A stretch of 32,000 nt of DNA from Candidatus Saccharimonadota bacterium (GTDB taxonomy: Bacteria; Patescibacteriota; Gracilibacteria; UBA1369; 2-02-FULL-48-14): contig JBAZVE010000001.1 in assembly GCA_041661045.1 (NCBI GenBank), positions 420,001 to 452,000 on the forward strand, in the 5' to 3' direction. Positions 8,719 to 17,503 of the stretch are shown piece after piece. Positions within the stretch are counted from its first letter, which is position 1, and each line of letters begins with the position of its first letter. A program made the translations under genes and the position numbers. The notes below the pieces were generated by a model. It was not told where the DNA came from. It did not search any database and worked only from the letters and a program-made list of their open reading frames with translations.

Positions 8719-10095
8719 TCAGTAAGCCGCTTCCGGTGTAAAGGCTCCTTCTACCGTGTGCTGACGGTCGATGTCGAAAAAGCGCATTTGCTCCTTCTTG
8801 AAGAGGAGTTCGGCACGGCCGGTCATACCGTGGCGGTGTTTGCGAACAAAAATATCGGTCATGCCCTGGCGATCGGTGTCTTCTTCATAATAATCTTCTC
8901 GGTACATCATGAGCACCACATCCGCATCTTGCTCAATGGCTCCGGACTCACGGAGATCGGAAAGTTGCGGGATTTTGACGGGCCTTGATTCCACTGCGCG
9001 GGAGAGCTGAGACAAGGCCATGATCGGCACATGCAGTTCTCGTGCGAGTTGCTTGAGAGATCTGGAGATTTCTGAAATTTCCTGCACGCGGTTGGTGATG
9101 GAGGTGCTGCCCTTTCCAATCGACATGAGCTGGAGATAGTCCACAATCAAAATGTCGAGGCCGTTTTCCATTTGTAAACGCCGTGCCTTGGCCCGAAGTT
9201 CCGCAATGGAAGCTCCGGGAGAATCGTCGATGAACATGCGGCAGTTGTTGAGTTGATCCATCACTTGTCCCATGCGCATAAAATCTTCTTGAGTGAGTTG
9301 GCCGGTTCGCATCTTCCAACTGTCCACGGCAAGCATGGACACAAAAAGTCGTTCCACCAATTGTTCTTTGGACATTTCGAGCGAAATAACACCCACGGTT
9401 TTCCCCTTGAGTGCGATGTTGAGCCCCATGTTGAGGGCAAAAGCGGTTTTTCCCATGGAGGGGCGGGCCGCCAAAATAATGAGATCGGAGGCTTGAAGCC
9501 CGGTGAGGATGTGATCCACGGATTGGAAACCTGTGGAGAGTCCTTTGTATTTTTCGGCCGCTTCGGGATCGTGTAGATCTGAAATTTTTTCGTAAGTTCC
9601 CGCCAAAATGTCTTTGATGTGGACGAAGCGATTGCGCAAAAAGGTTTGAGAGACTTTAAAGAGTTCTTGCTCCGCTTGATCCACCAACTCGTCCACTTCT
9701 TCCCCCTCTTTGTACCCCAATGCGGCGATGGAGCCTCCCGCACTGATGAGTTTTCGCAGAGTGGATTTTGATTTTACGATGGTCGCGTATTGGAAAACAT
9801 GGGAGGCCGTGAGCACCTCATTGCTGAGTTCTTCGAGGTAGCTTTGCCCTCCCACTTCATCCAACTTTCCGTTGTCTTTGAGCCAAGTGTGCACGGTGAG
9901 CAGGTCGATGGGGGAGCGTTTGGTGAACAACTCCATCATCCCTCCGTAAATGATGCCGTGAATATCGTAATAAAAATCCTCGGGATGCAGCATGTCCGCA
10001 ATCTTAAGGATGGCATTTTTTTCAATCATAATACTGCCGAGCACGGATCGTTCGGCTTCAATACTGTGCGGCGGAATGCGGATGTCTTCGGGCAT
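8719..10095 (-). CDS. dnaB: replicative DNA helicase DnaB
   Basis: N-terminal PPHSIEAERSVLGSIM, Walker A ARPSMGKTAFALN, Walker B LIVDYLQLM. 458 aa with no intein. Confidence 0.95.
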   Translation of the reverse strand: MPEDIRIPPHSIEAERSVLGSIMIEKNAILKIADMLHPEDFYYDIHGIIYGGMMELFTKRSPIDLLTVHTWLKDNGKLDEVGGQSYLEELSNEVLTASHVFQYATIVKSKSTLRKLISAGGSIAALGYKEGEEVDELVDQAEQELFKVSQTFLRNRFVHIKDILAGTYEKISDLHDPEAAEKYKGLSTGFQSVDHILTGLQASDLIILAARPSMGKTAFALNMGLNIALKGKTVGVISLEMSKEQLVERLFVSMLAVDSWKMRTGQLTQEDFMRMGQVMDQLNNCRMFIDDSPGASIAELRAKARRLQMENGLDILIVDYLQLMSIGKGSTSITNRVQEISEISRSLKQLARELHVPIMALSQLSRAVESRPVKIPQLSDLRESGAIEQDADVVLMMYREDYYEEDTDRQGMTDIFVRKHRHGMTGRAELLFKKEQMRFFDIDRQHTVEGAFTPEAAY

Positions 10096-10174
10096 AGGGG
10101 GGAGACAAGAAGGCCGGGCGATTGCCGGGCCGGGCCTCCCAGTTTGTCATAAGTACCTTGATCGTGCAAGGGAG

Positions 10175-10180
10175 TAAAAT
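10175..10180 (+). promoter_or_regulatory. -10 box (TAAAAT) 6 nt upstream of the yraN ATG
   Basis: TAAAAT, then GGGAAT, then ATG 10187. No convincing -35 element. Confidence 0.3.
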
Positions 10181-10186
10181 GGGAAT

Positions 10187-10531
10187 ATGGAAAATTTTGG
10201 TTTGGAAATGGAAGAGCGGGCGGCGCGGTATCTGGAGACGGTGCGGGGTTGGCGTTTACTGGAGAAGAATGTGAGGTTTAGGGAGGGGGAGATCGATTTG
10301 ATTATGGAGGCTTCCGGGGGGCTTCGATTTGTGGAAGTGAAGGCGCGGCGGAATGAAAAATTTGGGGGTGTTGTTGAAAGTGTAACAACGCGAAAAATTC
10401 AGCGGCTGAGGAAGGCGATTTACAGATGGCGGGAGCGGTCCGGAGACTGTCGATTTGGGCAGATTTATTTTGTGGGAATTTTGGTGAGCCCGCGGGGAGA
10501 GTTCACAATAGAGGAACATTTTATTGAATAG
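10187..10531 (+). CDS. yraN: YraN family (UPF0102) endonuclease-like protein
   Basis: 114 aa with GEIDLIM....RFVEVKAR, typical of UPF0102. Confidence 0.85.
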   Translation: MENFGLEMEERAARYLETVRGWRLLEKNVRFREGEIDLIMEASGGLRFVEVKARRNEKFGGVVESVTTRKIQRLRKAIYRWRERSGDCRFGQIYFVGILVSPRGEFTIEEHFIE

Positions 10532-10548
10532 GCGCTGAGCGCGAAATT

Positions 10549-12081
10549 ATGGCGGTCATTTTACCTTCTTATTGTTTGCAGGGGCTCACGGTTTTGCCGG
10601 TGAGTTTGGAGCTGAGCGTGAGCGCGGGCATGCCGATTTTTTCCATTATTGGAATGGCGGGGACGAGTGTGCAGGAGGCAAAAGATAGAGTGCGCGGCGC
10701 CTTGGTGAGCAGCGGATTTAAATTTCCGCTTACACGAAAAGTGGTGAACTTGGCGCCCGCAGATTTGGCGAAACAGGGGAGTCATTTTGATCTGCCCATG
10801 GCGCTGGGCTTTTTGGTGGAGAGCGAGCAGCTGCGGGCGCTGCCCGCCGGAGTGTGGACCCTGGGAGAACTGGGCTTGGATGGCTCGCTCCGCGGGGTGA
10901 GCGGCGTGCTCCCCGCCCTGCTTTTTGCTCAGCGGTGTGGCGCGACTGAGGTGATTGTGCCACGAGAGAATTTGAGGGAAGCCGCTCTGGTGAAAGGGCT
11001 ACGGGTGCGGGGAGCGGAACACTTGCGGCAGGTGGTGGACTATTTTGAGGGGAAGGATTTGCCCATTTTTGAGGAGGGAGCGGTGGGGCTTTTGGATGGT
11101 GCGGGCTTTGGAGCCCGACTCGGCGGTGAGGAGGCCTTCCATTTGGATTTTTCTGATATTTCCGGGCACACCGCGGCCAAACGGGCGCTCTTGGTGGCGG
11201 CGGCAGGAGGTCATCACCTTGCCATGAACGGCCCTCCGGGCAGTGGAAAAAGCCTTTTGGGCGAAGCCTTTGCCTCCATTCTGCCGCCGCTCAAAGAGGG
11301 GGAACTTTTGGAGGTTTTGCAAATTCATTCCGTGGCGGGGCACAACCTTTCTCACTTGTCTTTGCGGCGACCTTTTCGTGCCGTGCACAGCCGAAGCACA
11401 CGCTACGCCTTGCTCGGTGGCGGCGCCTCCTTGGCGCCGGGGGAGGTGAGCTTGGCGCATCACGGAGTTTTGTTTATGGATGAATTCCCGGAGTTTGATC
11501 GCGAGGTTTTGGAAGCTCTGCGAGAACCGCTGGAAGCTCGCGAACTGCACTTGCGTCACGGCAAGCGGAGCAGCGTCTACCCCTGCCAATTTCAACTCAT
11601 CGCCACCATGAATCCTTGTCCTTGCGGTTACTATGGCGACCGTGAAAAGCCCTGCAGCTGCACGGCGGCGCGGGTGGCGCAGTACCAACGAAAACTTTCC
11701 GGTCCCTTGCTCGACCGCATTGATCTGAACATCGAGGTGCCACGCCTGCCTTACGAAGATTTTCGCCTGAGTGCGTTGGAAGACTCCGCAACATTATTGG
11801 GCAGAGTTGTGGACGCGCGCGAGCGGCAGCGAGCGCGCCTTGCCCACCACGGGATTGAATGCAATCAAGCCATGACCCCGCGCCTTTTAAAGGAGGAAAA
11901 ACTGGACCTTAAAACGGAAGATCTGCTCAAGGTCGCTGCAACCCGCCATGCGCTTTCCGGGCGGGGTATTCATCGCGTGCTCAAAGTGGCCCGCACTCTT
12001 GCCGATTTGGATGGCAAAGACTGGATTGAAGTGGGCCACATGATGGAAGCCCTGCAATACCGCGTACGAACGGGCACTTGA
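10549..12081 (+). CDS. comM: Mg-chelatase-like ATPase ComM/YifB
   Basis: 510 aa with a Lon-like N-domain, Walker A GPPGSGKS, Walker B VLFMDEFPEF and a Cys cluster NPCPCGYYGD..CSC. Confidence 0.92.
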   Translation: MAVILPSYCLQGLTVLPVSLELSVSAGMPIFSIIGMAGTSVQEAKDRVRGALVSSGFKFPLTRKVVNLAPADLAKQGSHFDLPMALGFLVESEQLRALPAGVWTLGELGLDGSLRGVSGVLPALLFAQRCGATEVIVPRENLREAALVKGLRVRGAEHLRQVVDYFEGKDLPIFEEGAVGLLDGAGFGARLGGEEAFHLDFSDISGHTAAKRALLVAAAGGHHLAMNGPPGSGKSLLGEAFASILPPLKEGELLEVLQIHSVAGHNLSHLSLRRPFRAVHSRSTRYALLGGGASLAPGEVSLAHHGVLFMDEFPEFDREVLEALREPLEARELHLRHGKRSSVYPCQFQLIATMNPCPCGYYGDREKPCSCTAARVAQYQRKLSGPLLDRIDLNIEVPRLPYEDFRLSALEDSATLLGRVVDARERQRARLAHHGIECNQAMTPRLLKEEKLDLKTEDLLKVAATRHALSGRGIHRVLKVARTLADLDGKDWIEVGHMMEALQYRVRTGT

Positions 12082-12106
12082 AAGGGTGATACACTTGTGT
12101 TACACT
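12078..12106 (+). promoter_or_regulatory. promoter/operator of the relBE-like operon
   Basis: TTGAAA (12078-12083), 17 nt, TACACT (12101-12106). Direct repeat TACACTT at 12090-12096 and 12101-12107. ATG at 12121. Confidence 0.45.
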
Positions 12107-12120
12107 TAACCTGATTATCC

Positions 12121-12357
12121 ATGAATCAAACTCTTATGCCAACCTCAAAAAAACGCCTCAATTTGACTCTCCCTGAAGACTTGGGGGAGATGCTCGTTGG
12201 ATTTGCCAAGCGAGATAATATGCCTGTAGCGCGCAAAGCCATTGAGCTTATCGAGACGGCGATTGAACTCGAGGAAGATGCCATCTGGGCACAAATTGCA
12301 GAGGAAAGGGATCAACCCGGCGTGAAGTATATTTCCCATGAAGACGCCTGGAAATGA
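12121..12357 (+). CDS. type II antitoxin (RelB/ParD-like)
   Basis: 78-aa acidic protein. Its stop overlaps the toxin start as ATGA. Position and size are typical of an antitoxin. Confidence 0.7.
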   Translation: MNQTLMPTSKKRLNLTLPEDLGEMLVGFAKRDNMPVARKAIELIETAIELEEDAIWAQIAEERDQPGVKYISHEDAWK

Positions 12358-12638
12358 AATACACTCTTGAATACCACCCGCATGTTGTCAGCGAAGATAT
12401 CCCTCGACTTGGCTCTAATAAGACCCTCGTCGAAAAAATTATTCTAGCCAAACTCACTGAGCACCCTGAACATTTCGGCCAACCTTTAACGGGCGTTTTG
12501 AAAAATTACCGCAAACTACGCGTGAGCTCCTACAGAGTCATTTTTAGGGTGAACTCAAATATAGTGACTATAGAAAAAATCGGACATCGTTCCACCATCT
12601 ATAAAGAAGCCATTAAACGGTTGATGAAGAACTTGTGA
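12354..12638 (+). CDS. relE: type II toxin, RelE/ParE family
   Basis: 94 aa. The YRKLRVSSYRVIFRVNSNIVTIEKIGHRSTIY core resembles RelE/ParE. Confidence 0.8.
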   Translation: MKYTLEYHPHVVSEDIPRLGSNKTLVEKIILAKLTEHPEHFGQPLTGVLKNYRKLRVSSYRVIFRVNSNIVTIEKIGHRSTIYKEAIKRLMKNL

Positions 12639-12660
12639 TGGAGTCCTTTGCAATATCCGC

Positions 12661-12689
12661 TTGCGCTTCGGGCTCAAGCACGATACATT
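12661..12689 (+). promoter_or_regulatory. promoter of carB (leaderless configuration)
   Basis: TTGCGC (12661-12666), 17 nt, TACATT (12684-12689), 7 nt, ATG 12697. Confidence 0.4.
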
Positions 12690-12696
12690 CACTCCG

Positions 12697-15600
12697 ATGA
12701 GCCCCAAAAAAACCAAGCTCAATCTTCCCAAGAAAGTTCTGATCCTAGGGTCGGGCGCTCTGAAGATCGGTGAGGCGGGGGAGTTTGACTATAGCGGATC
12801 ACAGGCCATTAAGGCTCTGAAAGAAGAGGGGATCCGGGTGATTTTGATCAATCCGAATATCGCGACTTATCAAACGAGTCGTGGCGTTGCGGATGAGGTT
12901 TATTTTTTGCCGATTACGCCTTATTTTGTGGAGAAAGTGATCGCCAAGGAAAAACCTGATGGTCTTTTGCTTTCGTTCGGTGGACAAACGGCGCTCAACT
13001 GTGGAGTGGCTTTGGAGGAAGCGGGTACGCTAAAAAAATATTCAGTGCAGGTTTTAGGGACTCCGGTCTCCTCCATCATCAAGACCGAAGACCGTGAGCT
13101 CTTCAATAAAGAACTTCAAAAAATTTCTGTGGCCGTGCCCCGGAGCGTGGCGTGTACCAATTTGTCTGCGACACTGACTGCGGCTCGTGAAATTGGATTC
13201 CCACTCCTCATTCGTGCGGCCTTTGCGCTCGGCGGAAAGGGAAGTGGCTTTGTGCATAATGAAGAAGAACTTATAGAAAAAGTGAATTCCGCTTTTGCGT
13301 ATTCCCCACAAGTGCTGGTGGAAGAGAGTCTTAAAGGCTGGAAAGAGGTGGAATATGAAGTGGTGCGCGATGCTTATGACAACTGTATTACGGTGTGTAA
13401 CATGGAGAACTTTGATCCGCTGGGAATTCACACCGGAGAAAGTATTGTGGTGGCCCCTTCACAAACACTGAACAATTCCGAGTATCACATGCTGCGAGAA
13501 ATTGGAATCAAGGTGATCCGCCACCTCGGAATTGTGGGGGAATGCAATATTCAATATGCGTTGGATCCTGAATCCACTCGCTACCGAGTGATTGAAGTGA
13601 ATGCACGCCTATCTCGATCTTCCGCGCTGGCTTCCAAGGCCACCGGCTACCCTTTGGCTTATGTCGCCGCCAAGCTTGGACTCGGCTACAGCTTGCCGGA
13701 ACTTCGCAATGCCATTACCGGCGTCACCACCGCTTGTTTTGAGCCTTCCCTCGACTATATTGCCCTCAAAATTCCCCGTTGGGACCTGGATAAATTTCGA
13801 AAAGTTTCGCACCAAATTTCCAGTGAGATGAAATCGGTTGGAGAGATTATGGCGCTGGGGCGTAGTTTTGAAGAAGTCATGCAAAAAGGGCTCCGCATGC
13901 TGCAAATCGGTTTGATTGGACTTACGGAAAATGAACGGCTCAACCTCGATACCGAAAATCTGAAACAAGCCATCGCTCATCCCACGCCCAAACGGATCAT
14001 TGCGATTGCGGAAGCGCTGCGAGACGGCTGGGAGATCAAAGAAATCACCAAACTTTCCGGCATTGATCCTTGGTTTTTGGGCAAACTCAAAAATATTGTG
14101 GACATGAGCACGCGATTGGAAAAAGAAGAGCTGACCGAGGATTTGCTCCGCAGCGCCAAACGGTACGGATTTTCCGACAAGCAGATCGCCATCGCTAAAG
14201 ACATGGAGGAAATGGCGGTGCGAGCGGTGCGCAAAAAATTAAAGGTGGTTCCGTGCATTAAACAAATCGACACGCTGGCCGCCGAGTGGCCCGCCAAAAC
14301 CAATTATTTGTACGCGACCTATCACGGTGAAAAAAATGATGTGTCGTTTGGAGGACGAAAAAAACGCGCGATCGTTTTGGGCAGCGGAGCGTACTGCATC
14401 GGATCCAGTGTGGAATTTGATTGGTGCAGCATCAATGCCATAAAAACCCTCAAAGCCAACGGCTACGAGACCATTATGATCAATTACAATCCGGAGACCG
14501 TTTCCACCGACTACGACATGTGTGACAAACTCTATTTTGATGAACTTTCCCTCGAACGGGTGCTCGATATTTACGAACTCGAAAATCCGGAGGGCGTGGT
14601 GGTTTCCACGGGTGGGCAAACGCCCAATAATTTGGTGATGAAACTTGACCAAGCCGGGGTGAAGATTTTTGGAACTTCCGCCCACAGCATTGATCAAGCG
14701 GAAAATCGTCACAAATTCTCTCAAATGTTGGATAAGTTGGAAGTGGATCAGCCCAAGTGGAAAGAGTTTGCCGATACGGAAAAGGCGATTGGTTTTGCCG
14801 AAAGCGTGGGTTATCCGGTTCTTGTGCGGCCTTCGTATGTGCTTTCCGGAGCGGCGATGGCCGTGGCGCAGAATGGTGAAAATCTTAAGGCTTACTTGGC
14901 CAAGGCCGTGCGCATTTCCAAAGAGGCTCCTGTGGTGATCACCAAATTTGAGCTGGGTGCTAAAGAAATTGAAGTGGATGCGGTGGCACAAAACGGCGAG
15001 ATTATGATTTACGCCATTGCCGAACACACGGAAAATGCCGGCGTGCACAGTGGAGATGCGACCATTGTTTTGCCTCCGCAAAAACTCTACTTGGAAACCA
15101 TCAAACGGATTCGAAACATCACCAAGAAAATCGCGAAGGCTTTGGAAATCAGCGGGCCGTTCAACATTCAATATTTGGCTGTGAACAATGATATTAAAGT
15201 GATCGAGTGCAACCTTCGTGCCAGCCGCAGTTTCCCTTTCAGCTCCAAAGTGACCGGTTACAACTTCATTGAAATCGCCACGGAGGCCATGCTTGGAATC
15301 GCCAAGAAAAAAGACTACAAAACGCTGGATCTGGACTTCGTTGGTGTTAAAGCTCCACAGTTTTCTTTCTCTCGCCTCAAGGGGGCGGATCCCGTGCTTG
15401 GAGTGGAAATGGCTTCCACCGGAGAGGTGGCGTGTTTTGGGGATGATCTGCATGAAGCCTTTTTCAAGGCCATGCTTTCCACCGGCTTTGAAGTCCCCCA
15501 TAAAAATGTTCTGATTTCCATTGGAACGATTGAAGACAAGGCGGACTTTTTACCGGCCGCCCGCAAGTTGGCTTCCAAAGGGTTCTCCTTGTTCGCCACT

Positions 15601-15903
15601 CCCGGCACCGCAAAAGTCTTAGAGGATGGCGGCCTCAGTGCCACAGTGGTTCACAAAATGGACAGCGATCTGCACCCCAACTTCAGTGAACTGATCCGTA
15701 AAGACAAGGTGGACTGGGTCATCAATATTCCCCGTAACACCTCGCACGAAGAAATGACCGTGGGTTACACCATCCGCCGCTTCACCATCGACAACAACAT
15801 CCCCCTCACCATCGACCTCAAAGTCGCCAAACTCATGGTGGACACGCTGGAACGCTACACCCTAGACGATTTGGCTATTGAGCCTTGGAGTCATTATGTT
15901 TAG
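12697..15903 (+). CDS. carB: carbamoyl-phosphate synthase large subunit
   Basis: Two ATP-grasp halves (KKVLILGSGALKIGEAGEFDYSGSQA and KRAIVLGSGAYCIGSSVEFDW) plus an MGS-like C-terminus. 1068 aa from ATG 12697. The ORF track TTG at 12661 is probably the -35 box. Confidence 0.95.
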   Translation: MSPKKTKLNLPKKVLILGSGALKIGEAGEFDYSGSQAIKALKEEGIRVILINPNIATYQTSRGVADEVYFLPITPYFVEKVIAKEKPDGLLLSFGGQTALNCGVALEEAGTLKKYSVQVLGTPVSSIIKTEDRELFNKELQKISVAVPRSVACTNLSATLTAAREIGFPLLIRAAFALGGKGSGFVHNEEELIEKVNSAFAYSPQVLVEESLKGWKEVEYEVVRDAYDNCITVCNMENFDPLGIHTGESIVVAPSQTLNNSEYHMLREIGIKVIRHLGIVGECNIQYALDPESTRYRVIEVNARLSRSSALASKATGYPLAYVAAKLGLGYSLPELRNAITGVTTACFEPSLDYIALKIPRWDLDKFRKVSHQISSEMKSVGEIMALGRSFEEVMQKGLRMLQIGLIGLTENERLNLDTENLKQAIAHPTPKRIIAIAEALRDGWEIKEITKLSGIDPWFLGKLKNIVDMSTRLEKEELTEDLLRSAKRYGFSDKQIAIAKDMEEMAVRAVRKKLKVVPCIKQIDTLAAEWPAKTNYLYATYHGEKNDVSFGGRKKRAIVLGSGAYCIGSSVEFDWCSINAIKTLKANGYETIMINYNPETVSTDYDMCDKLYFDELSLERVLDIYELENPEGVVVSTGGQTPNNLVMKLDQAGVKIFGTSAHSIDQAENRHKFSQMLDKLEVDQPKWKEFADTEKAIGFAESVGYPVLVRPSYVLSGAAMAVAQNGENLKAYLAKAVRISKEAPVVITKFELGAKEIEVDAVAQNGEIMIYAIAEHTENAGVHSGDATIVLPPQKLYLETIKRIRNITKKIAKALEISGPFNIQYLAVNNDIKVIECNLRASRSFPFSSKVTGYNFIEIATEAMLGIAKKKDYKTLDLDFVGVKAPQFSFSRLKGADPVLGVEMASTGEVACFGDDLHEAFFKAMLSTGFEVPHKNVLISIGTIEDKADFLPAARKLASKGFSLFATPGTAKVLEDGGLSATVVHKMDSDLHPNFSELIRKDKVDWVINIPRNTSHEEMTVGYTIRRFTIDNNIPLTIDLKVAKLMVDTLERYTLDDLAIEPWSHYV

Positions 15904-16505
15904 TCTTCCGGGAATAAATTGGGGGCGAAGAGTCCCTGGAATGTCCATACGGCTTCCCTCAGTTCTGCTTCTTGATCTACACCTGGATAGAATTTGGCGT
16001 CTCGATTGGTGGAACAAACCATTAGTTGCCGTGGAGGTAAATCACAGATGACCTGAGTCGTGCCGCGAACAAAAGCGACTGATTTGCCTGTATTCTGCTG
16101 AATGGTATAGGCCGGGATCATCTCACTTGTTTCTGGATTGAGGTCGGCTCGCACCATTCGGCTTACTGAGTAAAAGCCGTCACGATCTTCGGGACTGGGG
16201 TTTACCACTTTAAGATTATAGATCGCCACTCCCTTGCCATCTTCCGTTGGTAGTTCGAAGGTAGTCCCGTCATCCTTATTTTGCAAATGAGCGCTTCTGT
16301 CCCTGAGAATATCAGCTTCTGTAATCAAAATGGAGACGATTGCTCCTATATCTTTTGCGTGGGCTACTAACTCTTCACTGCTAAGGGCAATGGGTTGCTC
16401 CTGGCGAGGCATGGCTTCCGCTTCTTGAGGTTGGGATGCTGCCAAGGCAAGGAGGAGTGGAGCAAAATCAAGTTTTCCCATGGAGTGTTTGTTAGAAGGT
16501 CTCAC
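15900..16505 (-). CDS. hypothetical protein, possibly exported
   Basis: 201-aa ORF lying 4 nt downstream of the AbiEi-like gene. The internal start MGKLDFAPLLLALAASQPQEAEA (ATG 16481) looks like a signal peptide. No motif recognised. Confidence 0.55.
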   Translation of the reverse strand: MRPSNKHSMGKLDFAPLLLALAASQPQEAEAMPRQEQPIALSSEELVAHAKDIGAIVSILITEADILRDRSAHLQNKDDGTTFELPTEDGKGVAIYNLKVVNPSPEDRDGFYSVSRMVRADLNPETSEMIPAYTIQQNTGKSVAFVRGTTQVICDLPPRQLMVCSTNRDAKFYPGVDQEAELREAVWTFQGLFAPNLFPED

Positions 16506-16509
16506 TCAA

Positions 16510-17127
16510 TCACTTTTTGCCTTTTGGGTCAAATGAACGGCGGGTGAGGAGGAGTAAAAAGCGCTGTGTGCGGGGAGGAAATTGTTTTGCGAGTTCAAAA
16601 AGTTTTTCGAGGGAAAGGGGCTCCAAGTTGATGCGCCGTAAGTCCACGCTGTAACGGCCGAGGGAGTGTAAATAAAGCAGGTCAAGCAAGGCTTTTTCGG
16701 GTGTGGCGATGGTGAAGGTCATTGCGCCTTTTGCAAGGGTTTGAGTCGAAAAAAAGAGGTTTTTGGGAAGGTGATGGTATTTCCATGTGAGGTGGCCCAC
16801 TTGTTTTTCGGTGCTGCGCTGAAAGCTCACGGCTTCGATGTGGTGGGCCACGCCGGGCAGCACGCCGTAATACGCCAGCGCGGTGGTGAAAGAAAGGTAG
16901 GTGTTTTCTTGAATGAGTCCGCTGAGCTCCAAAATATCTTCCCGTGAGAAATGTAAAAAAGCTTCTTTAAAGCAATAAAGATCTCTTTTGAGGCGGAGGA
17001 AAATTCCCTTTTTGGCGTAGCGGGCGCAAAGCACACGAGCGGAATCCGCCTGGATGCCGAGTTCATTTTGTACGGTTTTTGTGGAGAAAAACTTGGGGAG
17101 CCCCTTGGCCAATCGAAGAAAATGCAT
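16510..17127 (-). CDS. AbiEi-like (type IV TA antitoxin-type) winged-helix protein
   Basis: The N-terminus LPKFFSTKTVQNELGIQADSARVLCARYAKKGIFLRLKRDLYCF fits the AbiEi_4 pattern (wHTH then G.l.Rl.rG.Y). Start moved to ATG 17127 (MHFLRL), which lies 6 nt after a perfect TATAAT. Confidence 0.5.
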   Translation of the reverse strand: MHFLRLAKGLPKFFSTKTVQNELGIQADSARVLCARYAKKGIFLRLKRDLYCFKEAFLHFSREDILELSGLIQENTYLSFTTALAYYGVLPGVAHHIEAVSFQRSTEKQVGHLTWKYHHLPKNLFFSTQTLAKGAMTFTIATPEKALLDLLYLHSLGRYSVDLRRINLEPLSLEKLFELAKQFPPRTQRFLLLLTRRSFDPKGKK

Positions 17128-17133
17128 GAAAAC

Positions 17134-17142
17134 ATTATAACA
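17134..17142 (-). promoter_or_regulatory. extended -10 promoter (TGTTATAAT) of the AbiEi-like gene, leaderless configuration
   Basis: The minus strand reads TGTTATAAT (17142-17134), then GTTTTC, then ATG 17127. Confidence 0.45.
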
Positions 17143-17199
17143 CATTATTAATTTCAAATATAGAAAGTTAACATTTTTATATCTTAAACACTTTTTCGT

Positions 17200-17229
17200 T
17201 TGCCTTTTGGTGAGGTAGGGGTGTATAAT
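17200..17229 (+). promoter_or_regulatory. strong orphan sigma70-like promoter
   Basis: TTGCCT (17200-17205), 18 nt, TATAAT (17224-17229). It points into a region with no long ORF. Confidence 0.5.
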
Positions 17230-17254
17230 TTATATGTTGTTATTTTGGAACTGG

Positions 17255-17275
17255 CCGCTGAAAAGCGGTTTTTTT
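17255..17275 (+). terminator. intrinsic terminator 1
   Basis: CCGCT-GAAA-AGCGG hairpin (GNRA loop) followed by T7. Confidence 0.5.
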
Positions 17276-17376
17276 ATCCCCCAAGCGGGCTCTCATGACC
17301 TTCAATAATTCACAACTCGTAAACCCTCGACCCCGAGCCTAGTCTCGAGGGAACTTTGTGTTTGCGTAAACCTTTC

Positions 17377-17402
17377 CCCGAGACGAAATCTCGGGTTTTT
17401 TT
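17377..17402 (+). terminator. intrinsic terminator 2
   Basis: CCCGAGA-CGAAA-TCTCGGG hairpin (7-bp stem) followed by T7. Confidence 0.6.
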
Positions 17403-17503
17403 ATGTTTATTTTCATTTTAAAGCCATGGGTCCGAAGACTACCCCGCAAGGGGTTCCTATCATCATGATTGTTTTGTGAATTTTATTCTTAAACTTTTAA
17501 AAT

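Larger units (their letters stand above)
17236..17402 (+). ncRNA. candidate small RNA or cis-regulatory leader (unclassified)
   Basis: Bounded by the promoter at 17200-17229 and the intrinsic terminators at 17255-17275 and 17377-17402. Contains an internal hairpin CCCTCGA..TCGAGGG. No known RNA family recognised. Confidence 0.25.

Noticed and set aside
8719-10095. Possible intein or mobile insertion in dnaB
   Set aside because: At 458 aa the protein has normal length, with contiguous Walker A and B motifs. No Cys/Ser-His-Asn splice-junction signature or HNH/LAGLIDADG block is present.
10108-10140. GC-rich GCCGGGC-GATT-GCCGGGC-CGGGCC segment between dnaB and yraN, first read as a hairpin or terminator
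   Set aside because: The units are direct repeats, not inverted, so no stable stem forms. No T-tract is present.
10999-11688. 229-aa ORF antisense to comM
   Set aside because: Nested within comM. Arg/Gln/His-rich with no motif.
14239-15501. 420-aa ORF antisense to carB
   Set aside because: It lies entirely inside the highly conserved carB frame. Its composition is His/Phe/Gly/Arg-biased with no motif. This is a typical shadow ORF of a GC-moderate gene.
17158-17503. Possible tRNA, SRP RNA or known riboswitch in the long intergenic region
   Set aside because: I found no T-loop (GGTTCGAAT-like) or cloverleaf, no SRP helix-8 motif, and no TPP, SAM, FMN, glycine or ykkC core that I can recognise by eye. 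It is kept only as an unclassified RNA candidate.
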